64,000 nucleotides of DNA, taken from Azolla caroliniana. Lineage: Eukaryota > Plantae > Polypodiophyta. The position numbers and the translations under genes are program-made. Location: contig JBHGNT010000011.1 of assembly GCA_043228905.1 (NCBI GenBank), forward strand, positions 7,068,001 to 7,132,000, in the 5' to 3' direction. The notes beneath the pieces were generated by a model. It was not told where the DNA came from. It saw nothing but the letters and a program-made list of their open reading frames with translations, and did not search any database. This document shows, in pieces, positions 61,819 to 64,000 of the stretch (positions are counted from its first letter, which is position 1; the number at the start of each line of letters is the position of its first letter).

Positions 61819-61977
61819 TGTTGGATTATGGGGGAGTGTCGAATATTGGTCTATAATGGCCATATTCACATTGTTGCCCTAGCTCATTTGGTATATAATG
61901 GGCTTTGTAATCTAGTTGTTGCCATTGTTTCCATTGATGGAAAAGCTTGAATAATACAGTTCTTCTTGTGTGCCTTC

Positions 61978-62033
<56 letters not shown>

Positions 62034-62934
62034 CTATTCTTGCCTTCATCTTGTGTGCTCGGTGATCTTCATCACAAAGTGTTGTTGATGTTTCCGCACT
62101 AACGGTCTTAGACGCCAACACACATAAGATGTATATATACCTCATTGTGGGTATCTTTGTTCTTTGATGCTTATTAATATAGAGAAAGTTCTTTAGCTAC
62201 ACTCTTGTTAATCATCCCCCATTTATCTTATTGTTCGTAAATGTATCTTCCTCGCTCTCTTCCTCTCACACACATATCACATAATCTTCCGTTGCTTAAT
62301 CACTGATGTGATTAACTACTCACATAATTAGTTACTAATTGACCCTTAGTTAATTACCTAATTATTAACATGGTATCAGAATGTGTGGTTTAGTATATCC
62401 ACTAAGCCCACCTAATTCATAGTGAGTGAGTGTTCGATACACCGACGACAAATCCGACCACCGTTACTGTAGTACCACCACGTAGCACGAGTACGTGATT
62501 GAAGGAAGAAAAAACAAAAAGGAAGACACTACATCAACATGAACATACAAATGGGTAGCTCGCTCCTTAGTGAAAAGCTAGACTGGAGCAATTTCTCATC
62601 TTGTGAGTACAAAATGAACCAATACCTAGTTGGCCAAGGGTATTGGAGCTACATCAACAATGCACTCGAAAACAAACCCGACATCACAAATGCCAACTAC
62701 CCAACATGGGAGCAAGGAGCAAGTCGGGTAATGTATTGCTTGGCAACATGTGTCCACGATCACATGCTTAGCCACATTCGAGACACGAAGACACCTAAAG
62801 AAGCGTGGGAGAACTTGAAGAAAATCTTCGCCTCCATTACGATTGTCCGCAAGCTTCAACTCCGGCAAGAGTTAAACAACATTCAACAAAAAGATATACA
62901 TGTTCGTGTCGGACTGCACCATCAAGATCAAGAG
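61819..62934 (+). mobile_element. Ty1/copia element I: 5' LTR 61819-62370, Met PBS, gag start
   Basis: TGTTG...TAACA LTR containing (CT)n at 61981-62030. TGGTATCAGA at 62371. Gag 62539-62934 is homologous to the gag of C. Confidence 0.88.
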
Positions 62935-64000
62935 TGTAAAGAATCGGATATGATTCCTATGTAGCGGAAGAGATGTGTGTTATGTGTGTATGTGTGAGAG
63001 AAAATAGATGTGAGAAGAGAAAACACAAGGTAGATTACATAGAATGGAAATAGAATACTCAAGAAGAAGAAGTTGTATATTCACGAGAATATGAAATACA
63101 AAAATATAGGATTACAAGGAGTCACAACCAACTACATATGAAGTAGGAGGAGGGTGCTTTATATAGTCACCCTCTCTCTTGATTAACTAACTACAACAAC
63201 CACTCTCTTGGGGAATGTGGAGACCCATTAGTCATGGGGAATATGAAACTCATTAGTTATGTGTCATAGAATATGATTCTATGACACATAGTTAATGTGT
63301 AGAGAGTAGTGGTGTGACTCTTGACCTTTGAGTAATCATAGATTCTCAAAAGGTGTGTTCACACGTTGCACTATGTTGAGATTGATTCTCAACATGCCCC
63401 CTCAAGCTCAACTCAGGTCGACTCCTTTCAATTGATGTCCACTTTAGTTGGTATCCGGTTTGGAAGATCTTTGGTGTCCGTTGCGGCTCGTACTCGGTTC
63501 GGACGGTATCCGGTTCTCACTTGTACTCCCCCTCAAGCTTGGAAAGTCAGGGATCGTAATCCAAGGTATGACATGAATTGCCGAAGCTTGTCAACTCCTA
63601 GGGCCTTGGTGAAGATGTTGGTTCTCTAAAGATTCGTGTTGATGTGTAGAAGATCGACATCTCCAGCTTGAACACACTCTCGAATGAAGTGGTAGTGCAC
63701 TTAGATATGCTTTGTGCGTGCGTGGAACACCGGGTTCCAAGCCAGATAAATACTACTCATGTTGTCGTAGTAATGGGGAATCAGATCCTTGATGGGAACG
63801 CCCAGATCCTTCAAAATCCTCTTGAGCCATACAGCTTCACATGCAGCTACCGCTGCGCCCCTGTATTCGGCCTCCATACTCGAAAGAGCAATAGTAGGCT
63901 ACTTCTTACTACTCCAGCATATTCCTCCGCTACCGAGTGAGAAGACAAATCCAGAGGCTGATCGTCGATTGGCTTTGTAGCCGGCCTAGTTGGCATCCGT
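62935..64000 (-). mobile_element. Ty1/copia element J (C-related): RNase H, PPT and 3' LTR 62935-63394
   Basis: LTR begins TGTTGAGAATCAA like C. PPT at 63395-63410. RNase H coding sequence runs off the window end. Confidence 0.88.

Overview
Repeat-dense nuclear DNA of a land plant. A fern, lycophyte or hornwort host is inferred from the nad4 editing pattern and the Trp-primed Ty3/gypsy. No intact host gene is present. Most of the window is a deep nest of decayed Ty1/copia LTR retrotransposons, with one LINE whose two ORFs are intact, one Trp-primed Ty3/gypsy, a hAT-type non-autonomous element and about 8 kb of mitochondrial-derived DNA (matR-like maturase, intron-containing unedited nad4). 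The main result is hidden at 45568-61818. Removing two LTR insertions by their target-site duplications and splicing five GT-AG introns gives one in-frame 944-codon minus-strand gene. It encodes a ParB-like domain fused to a bacterial-type beta-class N6A/N4C DNA methyltransferase. It sits head-to-head, about 320 bp apart, with a Sola-like/DUF7869-type DDD transposase, and has a palindrome array in its inferred first intron. This suggests a plant DNA transposon carrying its own amino-methyltransferase; this copy is pseudogenised. All calls come from manual reading and motif recall; no database searches were run.
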